From positions 246,994-300,619 of the forward strand of contig JAQTYI010000001.1 in the NCBI GenBank assembly GCA_028688325.1: 53,626 nucleotides of DNA, given 5' to 3'. A program made the translations under genes and the position numbers. Below the pieces are notes generated by a model. The model did no database searches and was not told the DNA's origin. It saw only the letters and a list, made by a program, of their open reading frames with translations. The stretch comes from Candidatus Portnoybacteria bacterium (GTDB taxonomy: Bacteria > Patescibacteriota > Minisyncoccia > Portnoybacterales > GWB1-42-6). This document shows, in pieces, positions 1 through 8,020 of the stretch (the first letter of the stretch is position 1; each line of letters starts with the position of its first letter).

Positions 1-213
1 CCTACCTCTTCCGCTTTGTACGGGAACTCGAAATGCGGTATGCCCGCAAGGGTATCAGGGGTTTAAATCCTCTACCCTCCGCTTTCTTACGGGGTAAAAT
101 ATACGGTAAAGATACAATTTTATTGTCTTTGTCCTACTATGCGAAATCACAGCATACACAATTCTCAAAAAATACGCTATAATGTTTTTATAATAGTTTA
201 ATTACTAAATCAT

Positions 214-1182
214 ATGGAAAACACCAATGTTTCCGCCAAAACAACCGGTCCAAAAGATATCTTTTTAGAACTTTGGGTTATGGGTTCGCTTTATTTAAGC
301 GCGTCTTTTGTTATTGCTCTACTTTTTCAGTATATAAATTATTTTTTTGTCGATCCCGCCAATCCTTATTCCTTCTCCATAGAAACGGTGCGCTGGATGG
401 TAGCTATCTTGGTTGCGGTTCTGCCAACACACGCCTTTGCCCTGCGCCTGCGGGAAAAGGATTACTTGGCAAACCCGGAAAAGCGCGAACATAAATTCCG
501 AAAATTGTTGGTCTATTTAACGCTTTTTGCGGCCGTTATTGCTTGTGTCGTTGACTTAGCCACCCTTGTTTACTACTTTTTGAACGGCGAATTATCCATA
601 AGATTTTTGCTTAAAGTGTTGTCGGTGGCGATAGTGGCAGGCGGTATATTTTGGTATTACCTGGCCGATCTTAAAAGAGATGCTTTTCAACTTCCCCAAA
701 TCGCTAAAATAGCCCGCTGGACGGCAATAATTGTTGCTACTATCATTATTATTGGTGCGTTCTTTATTAGTGGCTCTCCCTTCCGTGCAAATATGGAAAA
801 ACTGGACGCCAGACGCATAAACGACTTAAATAGCATTCAATCGCAGATCGTCTATTACTGGCAGAAGAAAGGCACAATTCCCGCTTCGTTAAACGAGTTG
901 ACCGACTCCATTTCCGGCTACAGCGCGCCGACAGATCCGGAAACCGGCATGGCATACGAATATAAGGACATTGGCAATTTGTCCTTTGAGCTCTGCGCGA
1001 CTTTTTCAGCCGTAAGCCCGAAAGATCAAGCGAATAGATATCCCTCGGAGATCGGGCCGATTGGCAAAGAAAATCTATCCTGGCAGCATGAAGCCGGCCG
1101 CATTTGTTTCACGCGAAATATCGACCCGGCGCTTTACGCACCGAACAGCCAAACATCTGTTAAGCCGGGGTTGGTCCAATAA
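214..1182 (+). CDS. Membrane protein with a DUF5671-like multi-TM N-terminal half and an extracytoplasmic C-terminal domain
   Basis: 322-aa ORF with several hydrophobic helices in the first ~190 aa. A TATAAT box lies at 176-181 upstream. No catalytic motif was recognised. The family name is recalled from similar CPR proteins. Confidence 0.6.
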   Translation: MENTNVSAKTTGPKDIFLELWVMGSLYLSASFVIALLFQYINYFFVDPANPYSFSIETVRWMVAILVAVLPTHAFALRLREKDYLANPEKREHKFRKLLVYLTLFAAVIACVVDLATLVYYFLNGELSIRFLLKVLSVAIVAGGIFWYYLADLKRDAFQLPQIAKIARWTAIIVATIIIIGAFFISGSPFRANMEKLDARRINDLNSIQSQIVYYWQKKGTIPASLNELTDSISGYSAPTDPETGMAYEYKDIGNLSFELCATFSAVSPKDQANRYPSEIGPIGKENLSWQHEAGRICFTRNIDPALYAPNSQTSVKPGLVQ

Positions 1183-1188
1183 AATTTT

Positions 1189-1261
1189 TATCGGCAATTC
1201 TATCGGCAAATACTATTTTTATCGGCAAGTTATCGGCAATCGGCAATTGCCGATAGAATTC
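1189..1261. repeat. Array of the word TATCGGCAA (4 direct copies, one partial copy, one inverted copy) forming a long imperfect hairpin
   Basis: TATCGGCAA occurs at 1189, 1201, 1220 and 1231. The inverted TTGCCGATA is at 1247-1255. AATTCTATCGGCAA pairs with TTGCCGATAGAATT. Confidence 0.8.
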
Positions 1262-1268
1262 TTAAAAA

Positions 1269-1298
1269 CAAAAAGACCCCCGTTAAGGGGTCTTTTTG
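1269..1298. terminator. Bidirectional rho-independent terminator between convergent genes
   Basis: AAAAAGACCCC-cgttaa-GGGGTCTTTTT: a GC stem flanked by an A-run and a T-run. Confidence 0.75.
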
Positions 1299-1314
1299 TT
1301 ATAACTGATAGAGA

Positions 1315-1650
1315 TTACCAGTTGTTTCTGCGTTGCTGACCGCCGCCGAATCCACCGCGGTTTCCACCACCGAATCCACCCTCTCTGCGAGGAGGACGGG
1401 CTTCCATCGGGCGAGCTTCGTTCACAGTCAGTTTGCGGCCTTCAAACTCCACACCATTGAACTGCTCGACAGCTTTCTGGGCCTCTTCGTCCGAGGACAT
1501 TTCCACGAACCCGAAACCCTTAGAACGGCCGGACATTTTGTCAATGATGATGGTCGCCGTATCCACACTGCCGGCCTGCGCGAAGTATTGCTTCAACGCA
1601 TCCTCGGTAGTGCTGTACGGCAAACCGCCTACATATAGTTTCTTTGCCAT
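1315..1650 (-). CDS. RRM-type RNA-binding protein with a Gly/Arg-rich tail
   Basis: 111 aa. RNP-2 motif LYVGGL, RNP-1 motif KGFGFVEM, and a C-terminal GGFGGGNRGGFGGG tail. Confidence 0.95.
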   Translation of the reverse strand: MAKKLYVGGLPYSTTEDALKQYFAQAGSVDTATIIIDKMSGRSKGFGFVEMSSDEEAQKAVEQFNGVEFEGRKLTVNEARPMEARPPRREGGFGGGNRGGFGGGQQRRNNW

Positions 1651-1857
1651 TTTGTTTTCCTTATATTTTTATTGGATTATACACAGCTATTTTCAGCTAT
1701 GTTGCCCTCCGCTTTGGGAGGACCCTCCTCGTCCCGATTACAGCTTATGACTACAATCAGCGAAGGAGAGTAAGACGACCTACTCTTTCTGCCTTACCCT
1801 TACTGCCGTTATCGCTAACGCATATAAGGAAAAACTTGAGAGAAAACTTACTATTAC

Positions 1858-1885
1858 AGTATACACCTTTTACAGAGGATGTCAA
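1858..1885 (-). promoter_or_regulatory. Sigma70-like promoter for the RRM gene (minus strand TTGACA-N16-TATACT), implying a ~200-nt 5' UTR
   Basis: The reverse complement reads cTTGACAtcctctgtaaaaggtgTATACTg. The same TTGACATCC...TATACT layout is seen upstream of the DEAD-box gene. Confidence 0.45.
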
Positions 1886-1963
1886 GTATGATCGGGCGGC
1901 AGCCGCTTTGATTGGACATCCACTAATTTTTAGCGTAGAATTTATTTTGTTATATAATTTTAT

Positions 1964-2049
1964 TTGTCATTCCCGTCCCGTATCAAGTACTGGATAAACT
2001 CCAGCGGGAATTCAGGGCCTGGATCCCGGGTCAAGCCCGGGATGACAAA
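1964..2049 (+). mobile_element. Palindromic MITE-like element, intergenic copy (family TGTCATTCCCG...CCCGGGATGACA)
   Basis: It shares its termini and its internal hairpins (ATCCAGGGCCTGGAT; CCCGGG-tcaag-CCCGGG) with 36932-37049 and 53370-53439. Confidence 0.7.
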
Positions 2050-2057
2050 ATATACTT

Positions 2058-2585
2058 ATGTTCTCAGCCATTTCAACCGCCATCACATTAAATCCGTTGC
2101 TGGGCCTCATAATCCTGGTGGCTTTGGTTTTTCTGGCCTGGAACTTAACACTGCACTGGCAGGTCTACCAGACCGGCAAAAAGATAAAGCTGATGTTCAA
2201 AGGAACCAAAGTGGCGGATTTGGAAGGCGTGATCTTTGAGCAAATAAAGCGCCTGCGCCAGACGGAAAAAAATCTGGAGGAGCTGACGCAATTTGCCAAA
2301 TATGTGGAAAAAATGGCGGTTAGCAGCATCCAGAAAGTCGGCGTGGTGCGCTTCAATCCCTTTTCCGACACGGGCGGCGACCAGAGCTTTTGCATCGCCT
2401 GCCTGGACGCGCAAAACAACGGGTTCACGCTAACAAGTTTATTCACCCGCGAAGGAACAAGGATTTATACCAAGCCCATTATTGCCAACGAGTCCAAATA
2501 TCCGCTCACGGAAGAAGAAAAGAGGGCGATAGAAGAAGCGGCAAACAACAATAAAACAATTAAAAAGGCAAAAAAGAAAGATTAG
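2058..2585 (+). CDS. DUF4446 family protein (N-terminal TM helix, coiled coil, conserved C-terminal domain)
   Basis: 175 aa. The VGVVRFNPFSDTGGDQSFCIACLD...TSLFTREGTRIYTKP pattern is typical of DUF4446. Confidence 0.75.
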   Translation: MFSAISTAITLNPLLGLIILVALVFLAWNLTLHWQVYQTGKKIKLMFKGTKVADLEGVIFEQIKRLRQTEKNLEELTQFAKYVEKMAVSSIQKVGVVRFNPFSDTGGDQSFCIACLDAQNNGFTLTSLFTREGTRIYTKPIIANESKYPLTEEEKRAIEEAANNNKTIKKAKKKD

Positions 2586-2619
2586 CGTTTATCTTTGGAA
2601 AAATAATAACCCGGATTAA

Positions 2620-2721
2620 AATGACTAATTTCCAATGACAAATGATCAATAAAATCACAAATCTCAATGCCTTTATGATTTGATATTTGGACATTTATTG
2701 GTCATTGGGATTTTGTCATTT
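2620..2721. repeat. 102-bp imperfect-hairpin intergenic repeat, family A copy 1 (upstream of infB)
   Basis: Near-identical (2 mismatches seen) to 4754-4855. The arms AATGACAAATGAyCAATAAA and TTTATTGGTCATTGGGATTTTGTCATT are reverse complements. Confidence 0.85.
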
Positions 2722-2749
2722 AGATTTTAGATCAACCCCTTGCAGAAAT

Positions 2750-4258
2750 ATGGAAAAAAATACAAATAAAACTGAACAATCTCGCCCACCGATAGTCGTG
2801 ATTCTCGGCCATGTTGACCATGGCAAAACCAGCATTCTGGACTTTATCCGCAAAAGCAAAGTGGCGGAAAAGGAAAGCGGCGGCATCACCCAGCATATCG
2901 GCGCGTATCAAGTTGAGCAGCAAGGCAAGATGATAACTTTCATTGATACGCCGGGCCACGAAGCGTTTTCCGCTATGCGCTCGCGCGGCGCCAAGGTGGC
3001 AGATATTGCCATTTTAGTCGTGGCGGCGGAAGAGGGCGTCAAGCCCCAGACCAAGGAAGCCATTGAGGTTATTTTACGCCAGAAACTTCCATTAATTGTG
3101 GCGATAAACAAAATGGACAAACCCAACGCCCTGCCTGACAAGGTTAAAAAGGAACTGGCCAACAATAATGTATTGGTGGAATCGATGGGTGGAGAAGTTC
3201 CTTCCATTTTTACCTCCACCAAGAGCGGCATCGGCATAGATGAACTCTTGGAAATGATATTGCTGATAGCGGAGATGGATAATTTTCAGGGCGACAAAAA
3301 CGCCCCCGCTAGCGGCGTCATTATTGAATCGCGAATGGATCAGCAACGCGGAGTCACGGCAACGCTCCTGGTTAAGGACGGCACGCTGACCAACAAAGAT
3401 ATCGTTGCGGCCGAATCAACCTACGGCCAGATAAAAACCATGGAGAACTTTTTGGGCAAACCCGTGCAAGAAGCCGGCCCGTCAACGCCGGTCCTGATTT
3501 CCGGGTTTGGCGAAGTGCCGCCGGTAGGGGAAACATGGCAGGCGATGAGTTCGATTGACAAAGCGCGCGCCAAAGTCGCGGTCAAAGGCCCGCAAGAAAA
3601 GCAAAAACGGGAACCGGCTGAAATCTTAAATATCAAAGATGGGCAAAGAATTTTTAATTTCATCATCAAGGCAGATGTTTTCGGCTCGCTGGAAGCCATC
3701 CGGGAAGTCATCAAGAATGTGCCGCAAGAAGAAGTTCTGCTGCGCGTTATCAAGGTGGAGGTTGGCGACATATTGGAAAATGACTTGAAGCTGGCCGAAT
3801 CGGCCAAAGCCAGGATCTACGGCTTCCGCGTGAAATGCCCGACCGGCATTCAAGAGTTGGCGGACCGGCGCGGAGTCAAGGTCGGCATCTCGCCGATAAT
3901 CTATGAGCTCATCCAAACTATCCGCCACGATGCCTCGCGACTGTTATCACCGGAGGTCGTGCGCCAAAAATTGGGTCAATTAAAGATTCTTGAGGTCTTT
4001 AAGGTTGACGGCCAAAAGCAGATAATCGGCGGCAAGGTTTTAAGCGGAAAGATTGAACGCAACGCTTTGGTGGATATTTTGCGCAACAAGGAATTCATCG
4101 GCACGGGCCGCATCGCCCAGCTCCAGCAGAACAAAAAAGAGGCGGCGGAAGTCGGCAAAGACCGCGAATGCGGCATAATGCTGGAAAGCAAAGATATGGC
4201 GGATAAAGGAGATATCCTGGATGTGTATAAGGAAGAGAAGAAGAAGAGAGAACTATAA
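2750..4258 (+). CDS. infB: Translation initiation factor IF-2 (short form)
   Basis: G-domain motifs GHVDHGKT, DTPGHEAF and NKMD, plus IF-2 C-terminal domains. The start is placed at ATG 2750 because the track ORF start (2687) lies inside repeat A. Confidence 0.95.
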   Translation: MEKNTNKTEQSRPPIVVILGHVDHGKTSILDFIRKSKVAEKESGGITQHIGAYQVEQQGKMITFIDTPGHEAFSAMRSRGAKVADIAILVVAAEEGVKPQTKEAIEVILRQKLPLIVAINKMDKPNALPDKVKKELANNNVLVESMGGEVPSIFTSTKSGIGIDELLEMILLIAEMDNFQGDKNAPASGVIIESRMDQQRGVTATLLVKDGTLTNKDIVAAESTYGQIKTMENFLGKPVQEAGPSTPVLISGFGEVPPVGETWQAMSSIDKARAKVAVKGPQEKQKREPAEILNIKDGQRIFNFIIKADVFGSLEAIREVIKNVPQEEVLLRVIKVEVGDILENDLKLAESAKARIYGFRVKCPTGIQELADRRGVKVGISPIIYELIQTIRHDASRLLSPEVVRQKLGQLKILEVFKVDGQKQIIGGKVLSGKIERNALVDILRNKEFIGTGRIAQLQQNKKEAAEVGKDRECGIMLESKDMADKGDILDVYKEEKKKREL

Positions 4259-4261
4259 CTC

Positions 4262-4369
4262 TAATAACCAAAACAACCAAGAAACAATAACCAAACCGAT
4301 TTGAATCTTTGAAATTTGATACTTATAATTTGTTTGTATCTTGCGTCTTGTTTCTTGTAGCTTGGTTAC
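4262..4369. repeat. Imperfect-hairpin intergenic repeat, family B copy 1 (AATAACCAA / CAAGAAACAA words)
   Basis: Homologous to 36186-36310 (AACCGrTTTGAATyTTTGAAATTTGAT...GTTTGTATCTTG). The left and right arms are complementary. Confidence 0.7.
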
Positions 4370-4376
4370 AAAACTT

Positions 4377-4712
4377 TTGTCTCACAAAATCGCTAAAGTT
4401 AACGAACTGATAAAGCAGGAATTGAACGGCATTTTGTTGCGCGAAGAAGAATTCGGCGAAGGAGTTTTGGCGACCATTCTGGCGGTGGAAACCACCGAAG
4501 ATCAGCTTGAAGCCAAAATAATTTTCAGCGTCTGGCCAGAAAATAAGGGCGCGGAGGTGCTCAAAAAATTGAACGCCCATATCTGGCATCTTCAACAAGC
4601 TATCAACAAGCGCCTGCAGATCCACCCGGTGCCGAAGATGCGATTCGTGATAAATACCGACGAAGCGGCCAGCCAGCACATTGAGGAGATAATAAAGAAA
4701 GTTGGCCTATAA
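4377..4712 (+). CDS. rbfA: Ribosome-binding factor A
   Basis: The KVNELIKQELNGILL... pattern and ~111-aa size fit RbfA. The start is uncertain: TTG 4377 is preferred because the track start (4341) lies in repeat B. Confidence 0.85.
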   Translation: MSHKIAKVNELIKQELNGILLREEEFGEGVLATILAVETTEDQLEAKIIFSVWPENKGAEVLKKLNAHIWHLQQAINKRLQIHPVPKMRFVINTDEAASQHIEEIIKKVGL

Positions 4713-4753
4713 TGGATCGAATTTTTACAAATACAAATATGATGTTCCCCCAT

Positions 4754-4855
4754 AATGACTAATTCCCAATGACAAATGACCAATAAAATCACAAATCTCA
4801 ATGCCTTTATGATTTGATATTTGGACATTTATTGGTCATTGGGATTTTGTCATTT
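4754..4855. repeat. 102-bp imperfect-hairpin intergenic repeat, family A copy 2 (upstream of the DHH gene)
   Basis: Near-identical to 2620-2721 and in the same orientation. Confidence 0.85.
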
Positions 4856-4888
4856 GATATTTTAACTCAAAAAGATAAATTCCTAAAA

Positions 4889-5857
4889 ATGACCGAACTT
4901 TTTCTTAAAGCCAAGTCTTTGATAGAAAAAGCCAACTATATCGCTCTCTCAACCCATGAAAAACCAGACCTTGACGGCCTGGGTTCTTTGTTAGCGCTGG
5001 AAGCGGTTCTGCGCGATATGGGAAAAACCACTTACGCTTTCAGCACGAGTCCGATATCCGAATCAATGAAAATTTTGCCCCATCAGTCGCTAACAAAAAA
5101 GCTGGATCCGGAAAAGATAGATCTCGTTATCGGACTGGATTACGGCAGCCCGGAACGCTTGGAAATATTGCAAGCATACCCGGAAATCAAGGCGAATTTT
5201 TTATCGTTTGACCATCATGCGGTTGGACGGCACCTGGGCTTCAAAATAGTCGACGGCGCGATATCTTCCACTTCCGAAATAATTCATAATTTCATAAATT
5301 TTCTCGGAGCACCCGCGGACAGAACGGTCGCGCTTTGCCTGCTGGCCGGCATTATGGACGATACGGGCGCGTTCCGCTACGCCAACACCTCGGCGCAAAC
5401 CCTGAAGGCGGCGGGCGAGCTTATGCTCAAGGGCGCTTCTCTGGCCAAAATTTCCCAGGCCTCGGGCAATCTTAATCTGGACGAGAAATTTTCCGCCCTC
5501 AACGAGGTTTTCGACCGGATCCAGACCGGCGCTAAAACCGAATTAGTTTTTGCCGTCATCGACAACGAACTTTTCGAACGCCTGTCGGCCGGCCTCAATG
5601 AGATCGGCATGGCCAGCATTTTGAGCGCCGCGCCCGAAGCGAAAATCGCGGCCACCATCACGGAAAAAACACCGGGAATCTTTGATGTTTCTTTGCGTTC
5701 CCAACAAGACAGGGGGGTGGATGTGGCGCGCCTCGCCGCGGCCTTTGGCGGCGGCGGCCACCGGCTGGCCGCGGCTTTTCGCTCAACAGAAATGCCCGAA
5801 AAAATCGTGGCTAAAATAGAGCAGCTCCTTTCGACCGCCGCCAAATTGAACGATTGA
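4889..5857 (+). CDS. nrnA: DHH/DHHA1 phosphoesterase, NrnA-like oligoribonuclease / pAp phosphatase
   Basis: Motifs HEKPDLDGLGS, DHH (FDHHAV), DDTGAFRY and GGGGH. The start is at ATG 4889, downstream of repeat A. Confidence 0.85.
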   Translation: MTELFLKAKSLIEKANYIALSTHEKPDLDGLGSLLALEAVLRDMGKTTYAFSTSPISESMKILPHQSLTKKLDPEKIDLVIGLDYGSPERLEILQAYPEIKANFLSFDHHAVGRHLGFKIVDGAISSTSEIIHNFINFLGAPADRTVALCLLAGIMDDTGAFRYANTSAQTLKAAGELMLKGASLAKISQASGNLNLDEKFSALNEVFDRIQTGAKTELVFAVIDNELFERLSAGLNEIGMASILSAAPEAKIAATITEKTPGIFDVSLRSQQDRGVDVARLAAAFGGGGHRLAAAFRSTEMPEKIVAKIEQLLSTAAKLND

Positions 5858-5885
5858 TTTTTTTGTGTTTAAATTGAGTCAGGCC

Positions 5886-5978
5886 GGCCTGGTCGCCCCG
5901 CTTTCGCTATCTCCTCCGCTAAAGCTCCGACGGGCAAGAAAGCTACGGCGGGCAAGCAAGCGGTAAAGCATTGGTTTG
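5886..5978 (+). pseudogene. Degenerate duplicate of the tRNA-Cys 5' half, interrupted by a ~60-bp insert
   Basis: GGCCTGGTCGC...[insert]...AGCGGTAAAGCATTGGTTTG matches GGCCTGGTTGCTAAGTGGTAAAGCATTGGTTTG of the intact tRNA-Cys 100 bp downstream. No anticodon 3' side or T-arm follows. Confidence 0.45.
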
Positions 5979-6077
5979 TCTCGCTACGCGAGGTCCCGCG
6001 AAGCGGTGAAAAGAGAGCGTTTTTTAAAAAGTCGTCAACAAAAAGATTTATTAAAAAAGAAATATAATATGTGATAC

Positions 6078-6149
6078 GGCCTGGTTGCTAAGTGGTAAAG
6101 CATTGGTTTGCAAAACCAATATACGGGAGTTCGATTCTCCCCCAGGCCT
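6078..6149 (+). tRNA. tRNA-Cys (GCA)
   Basis: Cloverleaf folded by hand: acceptor GGCCTGG/CCAGGCC, anticodon loop TTGCAAA, T-arm GGGAG-TTCGATT-CTCCC, discriminator U73. CCA is not encoded. Confidence 0.9.
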
Positions 6150-6229
6150 CATAGTTAGCCAAGAGCTAATAGCGAATGGCAAATAGCACAAAAGCCATAA
6201 GCTATCGGCCATACGCAATAAGCTAACTT

Positions 6230-6316
6230 GCCGCGGTGGTGGAACAGGTAGACACAAGGGATTTAAAATCCCTCGGTAGCGATACCGTGCGAGTTCGATT
6301 CTCGCCCGCGGCACCA
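6230..6316 (+). tRNA. tRNA-Leu (TAA), class II with a long variable arm
   Basis: Acceptor GCCGCGG/CCGCGGC, anticodon stem-loop AGGGA-TTTAAAA-TCCCT, variable arm CGGTAGCGATACCG, T-arm GCGAG-TTCGATT-CTCGC. CCA is encoded. Confidence 0.9.
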
Positions 6317-6319
6317 GAA

Positions 6320-6350
6320 TTAAAACCTCGTGATAAGGCGAGGTTTTAAT
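6320..6350 (+). terminator. Hairpin terminator after the tRNA pair
   Basis: AAAACCTCG-tgataagg-CGAGGTTTT followed by AT-rich sequence. Confidence 0.5.
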
Positions 6351-6359
6351 TATTCAGAT

Positions 6360-6650
6360 ATGAATACACCCCAAGATAAAAAAGAAATAGAATGCATCAT
6401 CACCGGCCGGGTGCAATTGGTAATGTTTCGCGACTTTGCCACCCGCCGCGGCCGCCGTCTTCATCTTGCGGGCACAGTTCAAAATTTACCCGATGGTTCG
6501 GTGCTCGTTGTCGCGCAAGGAACGGAAGACAAGCTTGCGAAGTTCATCGAGTTGCTGAAAAAGGGCCCGATATTATCCGAGGTGGAAAAAGTGCAAGTGG
6601 CTTGGCGCGAGCCAGGCGCGGCCCTTGCGGACTTTAAAATATTAAATTAA
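6360..6650 (+). CDS. acyP: Acylphosphatase
   Basis: The ITGRVQLVMFRDF...GTVQNLPDGSVLVVAQG pattern and ~96-aa size fit acylphosphatase. Start at ATG 6360. Confidence 0.85.
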   Translation: MNTPQDKKEIECIITGRVQLVMFRDFATRRGRRLHLAGTVQNLPDGSVLVVAQGTEDKLAKFIELLKKGPILSEVEKVQVAWREPGAALADFKILN

Positions 6651-6655
6651 TTCAC

Positions 6656-7345
6656 ATGCCAATATCACCTAAAAAAATCCCGAATTGCGTGGGTATGATT
6701 ATGGACGGCAACCGCCGGTGGGCGAAAGAGAAGGGCTTGCCCCAGCTTGAAGGCCATCGGCTGGGCTACGAAAAACTTAAAGAAGCGACAAAATGGGCAC
6801 GCGAAGCCGGTGTTCAAAATGTTATTGTCTACGCTTTTTCGACCGAAAATTGGAATCGGACAGAAAGTGAAGTTTCGTACCTTATGGATCTGATACGCCT
6901 CTTGCTTACCAGAGAGCTTGAACACCTCAAAAAAGAAAATATCCGCGTGCTGTGCCTTGGCGACCGCCGGCGCTTCTCGCAGGATATTCAGACACTCATG
7001 GATAAAGCGGAAAAAGAAACTGCGCGAAACAACGGCCTGACTCTCGGCCTCTGCTTGTCCTATGGCGGCCGTGCTGAAATTACTCAAGCCGCAAACCTGG
7101 CCATCTCCGCGAGCGAGCCGGTTGATGAGGAATCTTTTTCAAAATATCTCTGGACCAGCGGATTACCGGATCCCGACCTTATCATCCGCACAGGCGGGGA
7201 ACAGCGGCTTTCGGGGTTTTTAACCTGGCAGAGCGTCTACAGCGAACTTTTTTTTGCCAAAGCATATTGGCCGGCGTTCAGCAAGAAAGAATTCATGGAT
7301 ATCATCGATGAATTCTCAAACCGCGACCGGCGCAATGGGAAATAA
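6656..7345 (+). CDS. uppS: Isoprenyl transferase / undecaprenyl-diphosphate synthase
   Basis: Motifs MDGNRRWA, IRTGGEQRLSGFLTWQ and RRNG at the C-terminus. Confidence 0.95.
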   Translation: MPISPKKIPNCVGMIMDGNRRWAKEKGLPQLEGHRLGYEKLKEATKWAREAGVQNVIVYAFSTENWNRTESEVSYLMDLIRLLLTRELEHLKKENIRVLCLGDRRRFSQDIQTLMDKAEKETARNNGLTLGLCLSYGGRAEITQAANLAISASEPVDEESFSKYLWTSGLPDPDLIIRTGGEQRLSGFLTWQSVYSELFFAKAYWPAFSKKEFMDIIDEFSNRDRRNGK

Positions 7346-7347
7346 GC

Positions 7348-7381
7348 AAAAAACAGCCCCGCATTTGCGGGGCTGTTTTTG
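7348..7381. terminator. Bidirectional rho-independent terminator (uppS / 3D-domain gene)
   Basis: AAAAAACAGCCCCGCA-ttt-TGCGGGGCTGTTTTT. Confidence 0.8.
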
Positions 7382-7411
7382 ATCACTCAATCACTTAATT
7401 ACTGTATTTTA

Positions 7412-8020
7412 TTATTCCAGCACTACCTCATAGGCCAGCTTTTTCACGCCAAATTGCAAAGCCGCGCCGCGGGAAGTCATCCAGATGTCAATCTTGTTGT
7501 TGTGTTTTTTAGCCATGCGGTCGGTAACCGTGAAGACCTTATCGCCGGAAAATTCCGGAAATCTAATCTTGGTTCCGAAAGGCAAAAAGTTGGCGGCCAC
7601 AATCCCGTCGCGCACGAAAGTGCCGTTGGCGGTAATGAAAGGGGAATTGTCGGTCTGGTCCGGAGTTGAAGAATAAGCCGTCACGATAACCACCTTGCCC
7701 GGCGCCGTTTTGACAACGGGAGCGGGGACGGAAGCAGGAGCGGAAGCAGAACCGCTAATCCTGGCGATAAAACTGTTGGCCGCGATAAAAATATTGTTCT
7801 GTAAAAAAGAACCGTTATTGCCGTTCTCATCAGCAGACAAATTTTGCACGGTCAAAAAAGCATTGCTGCTATCAGGGACCCGCTCAGCCATGGCCGCCGG
7901 AACATTAACCGCCATAAAAGGCGATAAGCTGCCGATAATGGCCATAGACGCCACCAAGCGGCGTGAATTGCTCAGATTCAAATAGGTTGTTTTCTTGATA
8001 ATCAGGATAAGTTTGTTCAT
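7412..8020 (-). CDS. Secreted 3D-domain protein (MltA/RlpA-like double-psi beta-barrel)
   Basis: N-terminal signal/TM segment. The C-terminal VTAYSSTPDQTDNSPFITANGT...VTDRMAKKHNNKIDIWM pattern is typical of 3D domains. Confidence 0.8.
   Translation of the reverse strand: MNKLILIIKKTTYLNLSNSRRLVASMAIIGSLSPFMAVNVPAAMAERVPDSSNAFLTVQNLSADENGNNGSFLQNNIFIAANSFIARISGSASAPASVPAPVVKTAPGKVVIVTAYSSTPDQTDNSPFITANGTFVRDGIVAANFLPFGTKIRFPEFSGDKVFTVTDRMAKKHNNKIDIWMTSRGAALQFGVKKLAYEVVLE

Noticed and set aside
1-110. tRNA-like T-arm (AGGGG-TTTAAAT-CCTCT) and repeated CCGCTTT..ACGGG motifs at the window edge. I considered a truncated tRNA or other RNA gene.
   Set aside because: The T-loop lacks the near-invariant C56 (it reads TTTAAAT rather than TTCRANY). 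No acceptor or anticodon arms could be built, and the feature is cut by the window edge. It is left unannotated.
1964-2239. The 91-aa ORF (MSFPSRIKYWINSSGNSGPGSRVKPGMTK...) upstream of and overlapping the DUF4446 gene.
   Set aside because: Its first 29 codons are a translation of the palindromic element, and the remainder overlaps the DUF4446 gene out of frame.
2687-2749. N-terminal extensions of the track ORFs for infB (2687), the DHH gene (4814), pnp (24851), pilB (10831), rsmA (36278), xer (to 23532), acyP (6330), the histidine kinase (9323), pilN (18803) and pcrA (34183).
   Set aside because: The extensions run through intergenic repeats, hairpins or the upstream gene, and have no family-like sequence. 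An internal ATG matches the conserved protein N-terminus in each case.
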